Below, one piece after another: positions 28,101 through 41,489 of a stretch of 64,000 bases of DNA. The first letter of the stretch is position 1. The number at the start of each line of letters is the position of its first letter. The translations under genes were made by a program, and so were the position numbers. The DNA is from Tubiluchus corallicola (lineage: Eukaryota; Animalia; Priapulida): the NCBI GenBank assembly GCA_030141605.1, contig JAQGDQ010000010.1:434001-498000 (forward strand), given 5' to 3'. The notes under the pieces were generated by a model that made no database searches, was not told where the DNA came from, and was given only the letters and a program-made list of their open reading frames with translations.

Positions 28101-29821
28101 AGTTAGTTCGAACTAATCGTGTTATACGCACATTGTTTTCTCCGATGGTAGTGGCCTAGGCATCATTGGAAGCATTAAGAAAGATATTGCCATGAAGGGA
28201 TAAATTGGTTGTTTTTTAACGCTATATGCTATGGTGCAGATAGTGAAAACTTTACTTTATAAGCACATTTTAAGCTTCAGATTTTCATACTTCCTTTTCC
28301 AATTGAACACAGAAAAAAGTGTGAAACATCCATTGAGACCTCTTTCGTAGTCTTTTAGTTACAGATGATGGACAATATAAGTCAGCAAATCTAAGCATCT
28401 TCATGCATTTGAAACATTGTAAACGTCATGGATGTTGCTTTTGCAACAGAAGTAATCTTGCTGTTAGGGAAGAGCTTGGTATTCATCCAATTTGTATATA
28501 TTTCTAATTAAATTGATGGTGAAATTCTAGCCACGTATGTTAGAAATGCTTGCACACAGTTTAGTGTATAATGCTTACTTATGCGCAAAGAATAGATATG
28601 CATGGCAACTATACTCGGGTCACATGTATTAGGAAAGTCTACTTAGTTTACTCATGTATGGGAGAATGAATGTACTTTCGGCAAAGCAAAGCTAATTTTT
28701 TTAATTAAAAAGCAATTGTACAGTAACTATAAAGATATTTTGTAAATAACATTACCCACAATGATAATGTTCACTCGAATAGTTCTAATAAACTAAGAAC
28801 GTACAGACTGTTTAAACTTTAATCATCTTTTGATTACTGGTGTTCCTAGGGCACATAAAAGAAAACTTATACAAAATTCCGCGTTAGGGCGCATAGACTG
28901 CAAATTGGGCCTATATCAGACCTAAAACTTCTACTGAGAAAATGTAATCCATGTAAGAATGGGAGTTCCAAAAATGAATTTAATGTTAGTATGCAATGCA
29001 ATGTTTATTGTCAAGAAAGGACTGTGTTCTTTAACCAAATAGTATTATCCTAGAACTCCTATCCATGTGTGCTATCATTCAGTTTATATTTTTAAACAAA
29101 AGTGGAAATGGGGAAGTTAAGAAACTGTTGATTAACCAAGTGCATGAAATTTCAGCTAACCGCGATTCTAAATTTAGATGTGCGAATTAATTTTACTACG
29201 AATTAATGTATGTCATTCAACCAGCACAGTGATATACAAGTAGTTTTTTTGTTAGAAATTATTGTTTTTTACTCTTTGTATCAACTACGCTTAAAAAGAG
29301 TACTGCATTTATAAGGACGTTTTGTTAACTGCATTTGCGTTTATGCTTGTGAAAAAAAAGCGTTTCTATGTATTACATCAGAATTAACGAACTGTGTTGC
29401 AGATAGAAGCGCTTTGGTACTATTGCAAGAAGCGCTGCTAGAAACACCTTGATGATTGCTAGTTACCATGGCCACAAGTAATTTATATCAAATGCAAGAA
29501 ATAAGCAGCATTCTATCCTTTCATGAGGGCGAGCAAGAGAAAGACACGAAAATTCTTTATCATGCACATTTCTCCTCTCTCAAAAAAGGTAAACAGACTT
29601 ATGGAAGATGAAATTGTTGGAAAGCAGAGGCGGTCACCTGTCTATTTATTGCATTGCTTAATTTCTGTTTCTAAGCGCACGACGTAATAATCAAGAATCT
29701 GTATCTTATAATTCAGTTTACGAGTTAATAATATCTGCCTCTGCTAGCTCACGTGTACACGCATGCTCCCCTATTTGTGGTTAGCTCTTTTATTTCTTAT
29801 TTTCTTAATTTTCGATAGAAC

Positions 29822-30228
29822 TTAGAGAAAAACAGGATGATTTTTCTTATTCACATGACTTTGTTGTACGGTAAAATGTAAACATCACACATGACATTTG
29901 TAACACAATTTTGAACGGCACAAATATTCCATGAGCCTGTTGCACGTGCTTGGAAAAGCGTGCCTGGTCAGGCTAGTGCTACTGTACTTGAACGTGTGCA
30001 GTACGTCGCAACCGAACACTTCTGAACTAAGAGGTACAGTACCTGTTTTTGTGCAATGCATTTGGGAGATGCAAGCGCTAGTACCCATCTAAAGGCACGT
30101 AACAGCGAATAACTGGGCACGCGAACGCAAAAGTATAATTCTGTTGCAATAATTCTTTCACGTAAGTCATACTTGAAAAATTGTTTGTTTTGAGCTATTG
30201 TATAAGATTGGGTCCGGTTTTCCTACAA
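29822..30228 (-). mobile_element. Kolobok-like MITE, a shorter inverted relative of 44407-45022
   Basis: Reverse-complement similarity with 44411-45018: ACAGGATGATTTTT, ATTCCATGAGC..TGTTGCACGTG, GAACGTGTGCAGT, AGAGGTACAG.ACC, GTAACAGCGAA, GGTCCGGTTTT. Confidence 0.75.
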
Positions 30229-33200
30229 ACAAAATGTAATTTTTATTACTATCATAATCCACTAAACGTTTGCCTTTCTAATTTGCTTTAAATTATTACG
30301 CTAACTGGTAAATAAACCTATTAACTATAAAATTCTTAAATTTTTGGTGTTACTGCTTACGAATGATATATGATTAATAAGATAATTATTCAGGCGATTA
30401 ATTTTACAATGATTGCATCATTTGACTATACATAAGACGTATGATTAAAACAGTCCAAAGCTAATACGAAATGTTCTGTTAGCTAATTTACACAATTATC
30501 TTGCTGTCACAAAAAGCAAAGCTGATTGTTAATTAAGTAAAAACGTAATTGCACTGATATCAGGGATAAAATCAGCCACTGGTGAATATTTTTTTTATTT
30601 ATTTCAATAAACAACTGTAGGCGACAATAACAACAACCAAACAAATATGATGATCTCAATATCATCATATTTCGGAAAACTTGCAAAGAAACTAATAAAA
30701 AACAGATAAAAATTATTAGTCTGTTCAAAATTGATGTTTTGCCAGTGATCTTACAAGCGACGCCATCATGTTTGTACAAAAATCAGATGCATTTGAAGAT
30801 ATTTGTACGATCTTCAAAAAACTGCCACAGGCGTGGATTACGTAAAAAGAAGAGCTTTCGCGAAATTGTAGTACCCTCGAAGCACAAACTGACGCTCTAA
30901 CACAATAGTAAAATTGAAGTACTTCGCTACCTAATCCATTTTTGGAAATAAAATAATGTACTCTAACCAAGCCGCAAACGTCCAGCCAATAACGATTTAC
31001 AGTTATGCCTAAAACTTTTAATCTGCTCTGGAAAAATATGCGAGAGAAACTGAAACTAAAATTTTAAATTTATTGTTATTGCCAAGCGTCTTATAAAAGA
31101 GTGTGTCTGGCGGAGAGTGAATCATGTGTTTGTGGTGCAGAGAGGCAAACGCCTGAACATTGTGGTTGTGGTTTGATCTATTTTATTGCAAGAACTGAGT
31201 TGAAAATATTGTTTCTTCTCGTCAAGTCAAAAAATATATCACTGCCGTAATGATCGAGCCAAAGAATTATTAAATATATTATAAAAGACTTCGTACAAAG
31301 AAATATTGTGTAAAATGTTAGATACGTAAAAGTAATATGTGTAAAACCGATTGATACGAACTATTTCTATAGTAAAATATATAAACGATCTGATGCTAAT
31401 AAATATTGTGTGTAAAAATGTCTCGTAAAAATATTGAGGAAAAACGTACAAAAATATTGTGCAGTTATTCATGAGAATGATGTTGTACATTATAGTGTTG
31501 TACACAGTGAGAATATAACTAGTATTGACAATTGGTTTGTATGTATTACGTTTAGAACGTATTTTCTGCTATTGCTTATCAGCGATGAAATTCGTCTTTA
31601 ATTATCGCCATTATTGCCCGTGTCGCGAACTACACCTGTATGGCATTTCTCGAGTTAAGTGTTATTTACCCTGTTTGCATGGATCTGCCCTTGCACACTG
31701 GTTCTTGAATATAACGTAGTGTTAAATTTGCGTCGTAATCAATTACCCGTGTATTTGTCATTCAAGTCTATAGTATAGCGTGCATCGTGCCCAACTGGCC
31801 ATGTAATTAGCTGAATTGGGCTTCTTTCATAGATCTATATACAGAAATTTTTCTGTGCCAAAGGCCTAGCCTAGCTAGCCAGCAGTCACATAGCGCTGCG
31901 CTGACAATCGCTATGTTGCTCCTTCGCTTATTATTGAGGCTGACCTTGGGCACAGTATAATATGTATTACTAAAGTATTCCTGTATTAGACTTAACGTAT
32001 ACATTTAATTATAATGTAACCATGTCGTGATTTAGTCATATTGTAATTTCTTTTCTCGTTACTAAAACACAGAACTAAAACGTAGGTCTCTTGCAATAGA
32101 CAAGCAAACCTTTATTAGTCAAAATGTACTAATTACTCTTGTTTCATCGTCACTGTAAATTCGTCATTGTAGAAATGTAATAGTCATCAATAATTGTGTG
32201 CATACTTTAATTACTTGTTCTTGTTTTCGATGTAAAAGTAAAAATACATATATTTAGAAAATTGCTACAAATTAAACTCAACTCAGTATTTGTTTGCGCC
32301 CAAAAATGCGAAAGTAATTTAATTCAGGGCATTCAGTCGCCTACGTCTCCCGTCTCTTTTTACAAAAATTAAAAACTATTTGTATAAAGTTAAAAAGTAA
32401 AAACATTCAATTAAATCGTTAAAATCAGATAAAAATCAGCCATTCATCGTAATAAATTCAAGCGTTTTCGACACCCTGTAAATGGAGGGCTAGGTTTTTG
32501 TCTGTGTTTGTATACTGTAATAATATACGTACATTATATTTTGAATAAAAGAATAAAATCAAACAACCTAGTTGGCTAATCCTTAGTGACTAATCGATTT
32601 GTTATTCATTTGTCCTTAACAGCTCTCCTGTCACCAATCTAAGTCGTAAGTTAACTTGTCCTGGCTTAACTTTCATGATTCAGTGCTGCAGCCTTGCATG
32701 GTTAATCGAGCTCAGCTGCATTTACTGAGAGGAGTAATTAACTGAAAGTTTAACAACGGTTATTTATGTACGTTGCTTTGTTTTCAAAGCAGCAAAAGAG
32801 ATTAGATGGAATTAATGATATTATAACATTATCATTAATATTATGCTAAAAGTTCATCAACAAGTAGCTTAGAAAAAATAATCACAATTGCATTTTCTTT
32901 CAAATTGTCAAGAGACCTGTGTGGGTTAGCGAAAATATATCATAATTATGAGCACCGTATCGAGTCAGAGAAAATTGCATAAATTTGAAGACTAAATTTG
33001 TTTTCAGAAGAAATAAAATTGCCATACCAGCCATTAAAACATCACAGTTATTTTATTGCCACATAGCTTGGACGTTCTCCTGACCCGCAATTTTGGTTTT
33101 TGTCCCCAAATGGTGTCAACGTCGGTGAATCTGTACATAATTCATAAGTTGAATTTGTGTCATCGAGACTTTTAATTCATGAACTACAAGCTATTGGTCT

Positions 33201-33374
33201 CGACACTCGAAAAAATTGCGTGACCGCCGCCCTCTCTCCCTATTTTCAGTTTTTGGCCCATAGGTGTTCACCCATTCTAGCCACATGACAAATAATGTAG
33301 CCTTAACTCAAAAACTGTAGGAAGTTATCCAGCATAACAAAAAAGGAAATCAGGGGTATAATCGTCATGCAACA

Positions 33375-33513
<139 letters not shown>

Positions 33514-36500
33514 CGATATTTACAATAGCTAAATATTGCAATTTTATTGTAGAGTTGTAGAATTGCTTTTACATTGCTTTTAGAAATTTTCAACAAATTA
33601 TTCTCTAGAGCTTATATTCAAAATTTTGGCAAACTACATTCGAAGAGAAGCATTAGAATTACAATTTACGTTAGAAACAGTACATTATTAACTCAAACAC
33701 CAGGTAAGCTCAACTTTATAGATTTCGTTTTATAAAACATTCAGTAATGAATTTTTACACTAAATTTTCATTTCAGAATCACAGCCAAATAAATTTTTGG
33801 CGCATAGGTTTATTAACAAAAACGGAATAGAACTGAATAAATTTGTCCAGTAAATATATATTGTTGCAATATTGCAATGCTTTTCTGTGCGTTCAGCTTT
33901 AATTGGAGATAATCATTCTCTTCTGTTGATTAAATGACAAAGATGAAACCAGGTGAAAATAAAGCTACACGGAATTTATTTATCCTTTTGAAATTTGTAA
34001 TTAGTGACACACTCAAAGCGATTAGATGAAAATGCAATTATTACGCACGCATGCACATTTTTTGGGTGAAAGACAGGTTTTCACACATGACATGTGTCAC
34101 ATTACACATTGAAGGCAGCAAGCTATTGATTCTTCAATCTCATAACCATTTGGACGCTAACAGCTGATTTCAGACTGTGCGCTAATCCATACAGTTTTAT
34201 CAGTCATTATTAATTTCCTCATTTTTGATTTTACTACTGCTACTGTTAATAGCGTAGTCACTGCCGACCTTTTCTCCCAGCAGTTCGTGGGATTCACAGA
34301 TTATTAACCAATCTTACGTGTTTTTATTGGCCGTATGTCTTTTGTTATGGAATACGAGGTAATGTCGTCGTTAATAACGTCAACTGAAATTGCAAGATGC
34401 ACTGATAGTTAGACAGGTGGTACAAATACATGGAAACTGCGTGAGTGTTATGAACGAAGGACAAGGACGTAAAGTGATTGAAACGTAGAGAGACATTTGT
34501 ATGAAATCAAGATAGTTGGACGGCATAAATTATCGAAATGAAAGCCTAGCCTAAGAGATTTTTGCGTCAAATAAAGATAGCTTGGAAGCCAGAAACTGTC
34601 AGCATAAAAGAAATAGAGAAATGTGTGCAGTTCCGAACAAATGTAAGACATTTTTGTATGTTTGAATCACATGATACGATCAAAATATCATAGCATGGTT
34701 ATGTTAGTAACCTGCAGAGCAAATACTTGAAAGAGATGTGAAAGCGCTGATGTGGTGGATAAGAAATTTTATTTCAAAATCAAGATTGCTGTTCTCTGTA
34801 AGAAATATTTAAACATATTTATGCTTGATAGCTTGAAAAATGACAAGCCAAACTGATGCTCAGACGCTACGGGCAGCAGTGACGAATTTGAATTGGCACG
34901 CGGATGTCAAAAGACAAACAGACAACAAACTAAGAAGGGGCGATCGTAATCGATCTGTTCATACTTTTACATACTGAATCTATTAGTGTCTCTCGTTTAC
35001 TCCTTTCGTCTTGTGCAGTGCGGGTCTCATGCAATGGGCCTGCAACACTGCAATCAGGGCAGTGACTGGCAACAGAGGGCTTTGTTTAATTATTTGCTTT
35101 GCTTTGACATTACTCCTTTCTTCACCAGTTACCCATCACTCTGAACCTTTTAATACTAAGGTTCTACGTAGGGTTACTACGTTACTAGCTTCATGCACTC
35201 AGGTGGACAGCTATACTCAGAACGATGATTAAAAGGTGACAAATTACCCTAGAAGAAATTCGTAATGGCCAGATATTTTTGTATTTAAGAGACCAGAACT
35301 AAATCACGTTTTAGGAATGTTACCCGAAAATAATTTTAGAAAATCCATTTGCATTGAATCTTTTCGTACTAAATGAGGCTTTGACTTACAACTGGAAAGT
35401 GTTTTGATTAAATGAATCTAAAATCTGGAATCTATGGCGAAGAGTTATGGGTTCCCAACATTAAGTCGGTAAATGCAATTTCACAAATGGCTATCAGTGA
35501 GAAGAAGAAACAAATTTATGTACTTCGGATTTTATGCAATAAAAACTTGAAATTTAGATCAGCATAATGAAAAATGAGGAAAAAATACAAAAGCAAATAT
35601 TGAAATGGATTGAAAAAGATGATTTTCCTTACATAATGCAGTGAGTTAGTTCAATAAACTGTTTCCTTTCAAGAATTATATATAGTCTATAGAGAGATCC
35701 AAGAAGCCGGCGCAGGTGGACAGATGTTACATTAACGCACATCAATTCTACATAATAAGATTTAGAGATTTAGTTAGCGGGAACTTAAGCATTAGTCTTT
35801 TAATGATGTTAAGAAGCTTTGCTCAAGAACGGTAAAACATCGCAAGTTAGTCTATAGGGTCCCGTTGCAAGCTTCGTTGTCCAAACTAATTAATTCTCAC
35901 CTTGGTAAGGAGCTTGGAAAACAACCCTATATTATTCAACACAAACAATGGAACCGTAATTATCGCATTTTTACCGTCTGTTCCACTGTGATGTCATAAT
36001 GCAAAAGTTCATGGTATATTTTTTTGTGATTTGATCAGCATATTGGAGCATCTCAGCATGTTCCTACTGCACTGTTTCTTCTGGAACACCTCGAAGGAAA
36101 CTTTTTGGGAAATTGAGTCATGTATGACGACTACTTTTTTACATCATCACAATTAGCAGTCACGGCTGCAATTGCATTTGTAGCGCACTAAATAAGGCTG
36201 AAGTTGGCCTCTTCTAAGAAGACAAAAGTCTTCGGTAAGAAGGCGTTCAACTGACAAAACAGTTATTGCAAACAGTTGTAGCCACACGTAGCCGTGTAGC
36301 CCCTGTAGATATGTTTTAAATATAACTATGTTTTAAATATATAAATTATATGTGTTTTATGTACATATTAAAGACATTAAAGATACATATATGTGTGTGG
36401 GGGGGGGGCGTGCGTGCGTGTGAATGACAAACGATATATGTAGCCTGTAGCAATGATTTTCATAAGTAGATATCTCTCCAAAATTTCGTGATTTCCTACA

Positions 36501-37469
36501 TGGAAACCTAGCCAACAAATTTGGGCGAGTGGATATACCAGGATGTCAATTCTACGGCCCAGGGTGTCAGTTTTAGAAGGCTCAGAAATAGGTTGCCTCT
36601 GACAAGCTGCTTCAACAACGATGAACTACGGAATCTGGAAACTTCCTGTTTTTAAGCTCTGTATGTATAGAATGTACCAAATTAAAACGTTTTCAAAAAG
36701 AATGTATTTCACCTTCCAAAAAAGCAATATGGAGTCATTTTCTAACTGCTGGGTCCAAAAATTGTCATACATGTTCCGTTTAACGATTTTTTAAATGCTT
36801 GTTGGTTGTTTTGTGATCGTTTGAACTTTTGCTCAATTGTGTCCCTTTTTTAATACAAGCAAAACCAGTGACTCTAGCTATTTTGAATAATTAGTGCGTA
36901 AGCTTTGGCTCATGATATTGTAAATTACATGTTTTCTCTCCTTGTTTTCATAATTTGCGGAAAACGACCAAGGATTGCCTATTTATTACTTAATGTTTGC
37001 TTACAATTATTTGATTAGATAAATTGGGTTAGACAAGAAGTTTATCATTATACCACTTTATATTATAAATATATATTATAATCATTGCATTGCTTGACAA
37101 ACGGTTTATAAAAAACCTCTGCTCAAGTGACAAACTTCTAGGCTGAGCAAATATGCCATGATAATGATGAAAGAGCTTTAAGTAGTCAATGAATTCGAAA
37201 AAAAACTGTGTTTTAAACATTTTTTCAAGATAGCCTAGCTTCCTAGTTTGATTATGCAAATACCAACTTGAAAACTATTTATCACTTAACGCCATAAGGC
37301 AGGTTATAATAAACTATAATAAATTTAAGTTACTGCTAGCTAACTGGCCGATATACAGGGCCATTCATCACTATTAGATTTTGAACAGTATAGAAGCCAT
37401 CGGATACTATGCATTATATACAAGGTCATTCTATCTAGGCTAATTTTTGCCCACTTCATTCAGGTACCG

Positions 37470-37830
37470 AACTTTCTGTTGAACGGATGTCTATCCAGGA
37501 CGTTTTTACCTGGTCGACATAGTTGGTACCTTTCTTCTGTTCGTCTTACGTTTGAGACACGTTTTGTCTATGAGTTTTATTCTGGCCTTAATGGCAAAAT
37601 TCAGTTGATGTCCTGTGAGAGACAATAGTTAAATGCACAATGTTGTATCGACACCGTTTACGTAGCACCAGCACGACTCAGGAGTGAAGTAAATTGCCTT
37701 GTCATATTTCTTCACTTAGAGAGGCTCTTGGACAACCCACTCTGTGAGGGATTCTGAAACTTTCTGAGCATTGGTGGAGTGTTCACATAGTGGTGGAGTC
37801 CGCAGCATCCTGGTTACGCTATTCGGCAGT
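37470..37830 (-). mobile_element. Highly decayed RTE-clade LINE 3' fragment
   Basis: Minus: VTRMLR (cf. YTRMLR), HQLNFA (cf. RLRFAGH) and RRKGTNYVDQVK (cf. GRP..TYVDQL), in the expected order. Confidence 0.5.
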
Positions 37831-38799
37831 AGAGGAGACGCAGAGATACAACTACGATTCCAGACTAAACTACTTGTGGCGTGTAAAGGCTCATGGATCG
37901 GCTACATGGTGAAGCATCCTCCTTATTCCAGTAGTGGATCGTGGATTGTGAACCGTCCTTGGTGCATATTAGAAGAGCCGGCCATCAGGAACTACGTATA
38001 AACATGAGTATACTCCTTGTTACTTGTTAAATCTGGACCCAGTAGGTATTGTTTTCTCCTGTATGTACAATTTTTCTTTGCTTTGTTTAATAATATACTG
38101 TATGATTTGCACAGCATCCATGTGTTTAATAGTTCTATTTCAAACTTCGTGAAAACGTTTTACGATTAACAACTCGATGATTATGTTTAGTAAAATAATC
38201 GAGTCCTATAGGAGAATTGCCCCAACATGAACATAAACGCTTGGTGATGAAATTAGCAGAAGTGATTACCCTGACATGTTAGTAAATTACGAGCTCTATC
38301 TGTTTACTGTTTCCTGTTTAGTTGTTCACAACACTGACCCGAGCAATAGATTTGAGACACTGACGCTAAATTACCCTAGACCAATTATGATATATTAGTT
38401 TTATTCCCACAAACCGTCACAGTGGTTATTGTACATTTTGTAATCTGATGGCGAAAATAAATTTAATTCAAGTTCAAAATTTACCTTAGTCGCTGTTAAC
38501 TCAGTTTCACACAACTTGTAGTAATAACTTCAAAATTCTAAAACTATTTAACACAACCTATTAAAATATGACTATTTATTTACTTTTTATCTGTTTGGTG
38601 CAAAAATGATTTAAATTAAATTGAACTTGTGTATTTTATGACAGCTTTATTTTTAACAAGCCTGTTAGATTAACTTTTTAAACCAAAAATAGTTTTCTTC
38701 GTGATTTATGGATAAGCCTGTTGTGTGATTAAATTATCTTTTTGTTATAATTATGGATACAAGACAGTGTTCGTCACTCTAAAAGTTGTTAAATTTATT

Positions 38800-40860
38800 G
38801 ACACGAAGACGAAAAAGCATAAAATTAAAAAAATAATGAAAGTTGGTATGTTTAGGTAATTTTCCAGAAACAGCACAACTGAATAAGGAACATTTTCATA
38901 ACAAAAATCGATATTACATGTTCGTGAAAGCTCTACTCTGTTTTCTAGTCAAGAAGACCCCTGCACTTACGGAGTTTCACTTTACACTATTATTTCATTG
39001 GCTTTATGGACAGATTATAATATGAATGTATACTATGGATGTACTCGTTCTATAATATCCAGTAGCATGATATTATATTGTTCTTACAAAAACTCTATTC
39101 ATTGATATTAGGCGAGTATTCGATACTGTTTGGCGAAGTGCTCTACAGCAATTGGCAAATGTTGGCGCTGGTGAAAGGTGTTAATCTTATGAAAGGATAC
39201 GCATGCAAAAACTAAATGCAAGACGGCCTTAAAAATAATTTTCTCTCTTGTATGGGTGTCAGGTAAGGTTCTGTGTTAAGTCCGACATTATTTTCCGTTT
39301 TTATTAAAGATCTGCCTAATGAGTTTTGTGACGTTAGTAACCCGGTAACAATTAGTAACCAAACTATTAACTGTCTCATGTATGCAGATGACTTAGTTTT
39401 GCCTTAGTTTTCTAAATCAGAAACGGGTCTGCAGAATTTGCTTAACTATCTGGCAAAATATTGTAGACGATGGAAACTTAAAGTTAACAGAGAAAAGACA
39501 AAATTTGTTGCTTGATAAAACCGGAAAATACAGCAAAAACAATTTCACAAGTTTGAAAATAACTATATCAAAGTCACTATGTACCTTATTATATGTACAG
39601 TCATTATATGTACCTGGGAATTAACTTTTACAATTCTGGGTCATTTCGTCAAACAATACATGATTTAAGGGATAAAGGTCTCAAATCATTAAACGTTTTG
39701 AATGCAGAACTAATGAACTATGATCTTCCACAGAATGTTGCAGTCAAATTGTTCAACACATTAATTAAACCAATTTCTTTGTATGACAGCGATGTACAAA
39801 CTTTTCGAATGCGTTTTCACAATCTGTATTGTGTAACGTTTACGATAATATTGCAACTGAATCATTAAATCTGAGACTATGTCGTTGCCTACGAAAGGTG
39901 AACTGTAAAACTGTAAAAAATGCAGTACCAGCCCAGTTGGGACAATATCCAATCGGTATTGATTGATATTTCGTGTAATAAGTTTTGGTAGCATGTAGTT
40001 AATATGCCTATGGCTTCATTAGTCAAATTATCATACTGAACTTTATTAACCGAGACGTGTATACTTGGGTTAAATTTGTTAAAGGTATCTTAGCTTTACC
40101 GGATTTAGGCAGATCTGGGATAATCAGGACAGTAACAATGTAGATAAGAAAGAATTGTTGCAAAACCTTAAATTAAAACTTGAAAGTATGTATTTGGTCA
40201 AATGGAGAGATGATGTCAATAAAATGCCTAATGATGAAAGTCCGGAAGGAAATAAGCTGAGAACCTATTGCAAACTAAAAAACAGTTATGTTATAAAAAT
40301 TATTTGCTATACGTTGAATTCCGAAAACTAAAACAGCTTTTTGTAAAGTACGAATAAGTGCCCATAGTCTAGCCATTGAAACAGGCATCATAAACCGTGC
40401 AAGTTACCGTTAAACGAAAGAATTTGTAAACAATGTAATAATAATGAATAATGGAAGATGAATTACACATGATGCTTGTCTGCCATAAGTATGAACAAAA
40501 AAATGAACAATTATTTATGTACTGATTTTCTAGATATGCCTAATGAAGATAAACTGATTTTTCTAATTGGCACCAACGACGTGGATATTTCGAATACAGT
40601 ACGTAACTAATTGCTTTACGAATAGGTCATGAATTTAATATCTAAAAAGGATGATACACCAATAATCTAAATTCTGTGTTTATATTGTTTTCATTTTTTA
40701 TGGGCATTATACATCAACCTATGTTTGTAAATGTGTAAATATTTTTTGTAAATGCTTTTATTGTACTTTTGTGAGCGTGCGTGTTGTACAAATGACTGTA
40801 ACAATTTACACTAATATTTGTATGTATAAATATACATATATCAAATATTCACGTTTTAAA
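38800..40860 (+). mobile_element. RTE-X-like LINE, RT domain through the C-terminal zinc-binding motif, degenerate
   Basis: FIDIRRVFDTVWR, GVR*GSVLSPTLFSVFIKDL, CLMYADDLV (YADD at 39381), GLQNLLNYLAKYCRRWKLKVNREKTK, YMYLGI, KLFNTLIKPI, NKLRTY, KVRISAHSLAIETG, ERICKQC..EDELHMMLVC. Multiple frameshifts. Confidence 0.92.
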
Positions 40861-41394
40861 TGCCTAAATGGCTATTGCTCTGCCCCGAAAGCCAATAATG
40901 CTCTAGAACGCGCAAGGTTAGATATACAAAGATCACTTCTGCCCAACTACAGAATTAAACTGGAGCCGTAACAGCCCGTGTGAATCCGTTCGGCGATCGT
41001 TAATCACTTGTCCTAGTTTGCGTCAACGATGAATCGCGCACGACCGGCATGCTGTGGAATTGGGTGAGGTTCGATTTTTTCATTATATTTTAAGCACGTG
41101 AGAGTCACACATGTAAAAGTTATTTGGAACACAACTTTGTATGTAATCGAAGTTACCGACACAGTGAAACTTTGCGATGTTAAGAAAGCCTAAAGTTATT
41201 AATGTTGAATATCTCACTGGCATTCACCATTCCACCGCTGGTAGCAACAATTATTGTCACATTTATGTGAAAGATCAATAAGAGCTGACCACGCAATTAA
41301 GATACCAATCAAAGTCGTTCTGGAGGGGTTATTATTAAAAAATTATATTTAACTCGTTCGTGTGCGGTACTGTTAATTTAATGTTAGATTAGAA

Positions 41395-41489
41395 GCGACA
41401 GTATAGGCTAGTGGTAACGCGTCAGCTTTCCGTCTGGGAGGTCGTGAATTCGACACTGCTCTTGCTCAGGTCAGAGTCCGTATTTTTTT
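41395..41489 (+). mobile_element. tRNA-derived SINE head or tRNA-like pseudogene
   Basis: A-box TAGGCTAGTGG, B-box-like GAATTCGACAC and a downstream T-run. The head closely resembles the SINE at 63181. Confidence 0.7.

Noticed and set aside
31240-31509. CACTG...CAGTG-bounded AT-rich segment as a CACTA/Transib MITE
   Set aside because: The inverted match is only 5 bp and there is no clear TSD.
41395-41470. Functional tRNA gene
   Set aside because: Acceptor and T stems do not pair properly and the head is shared with a SINE.
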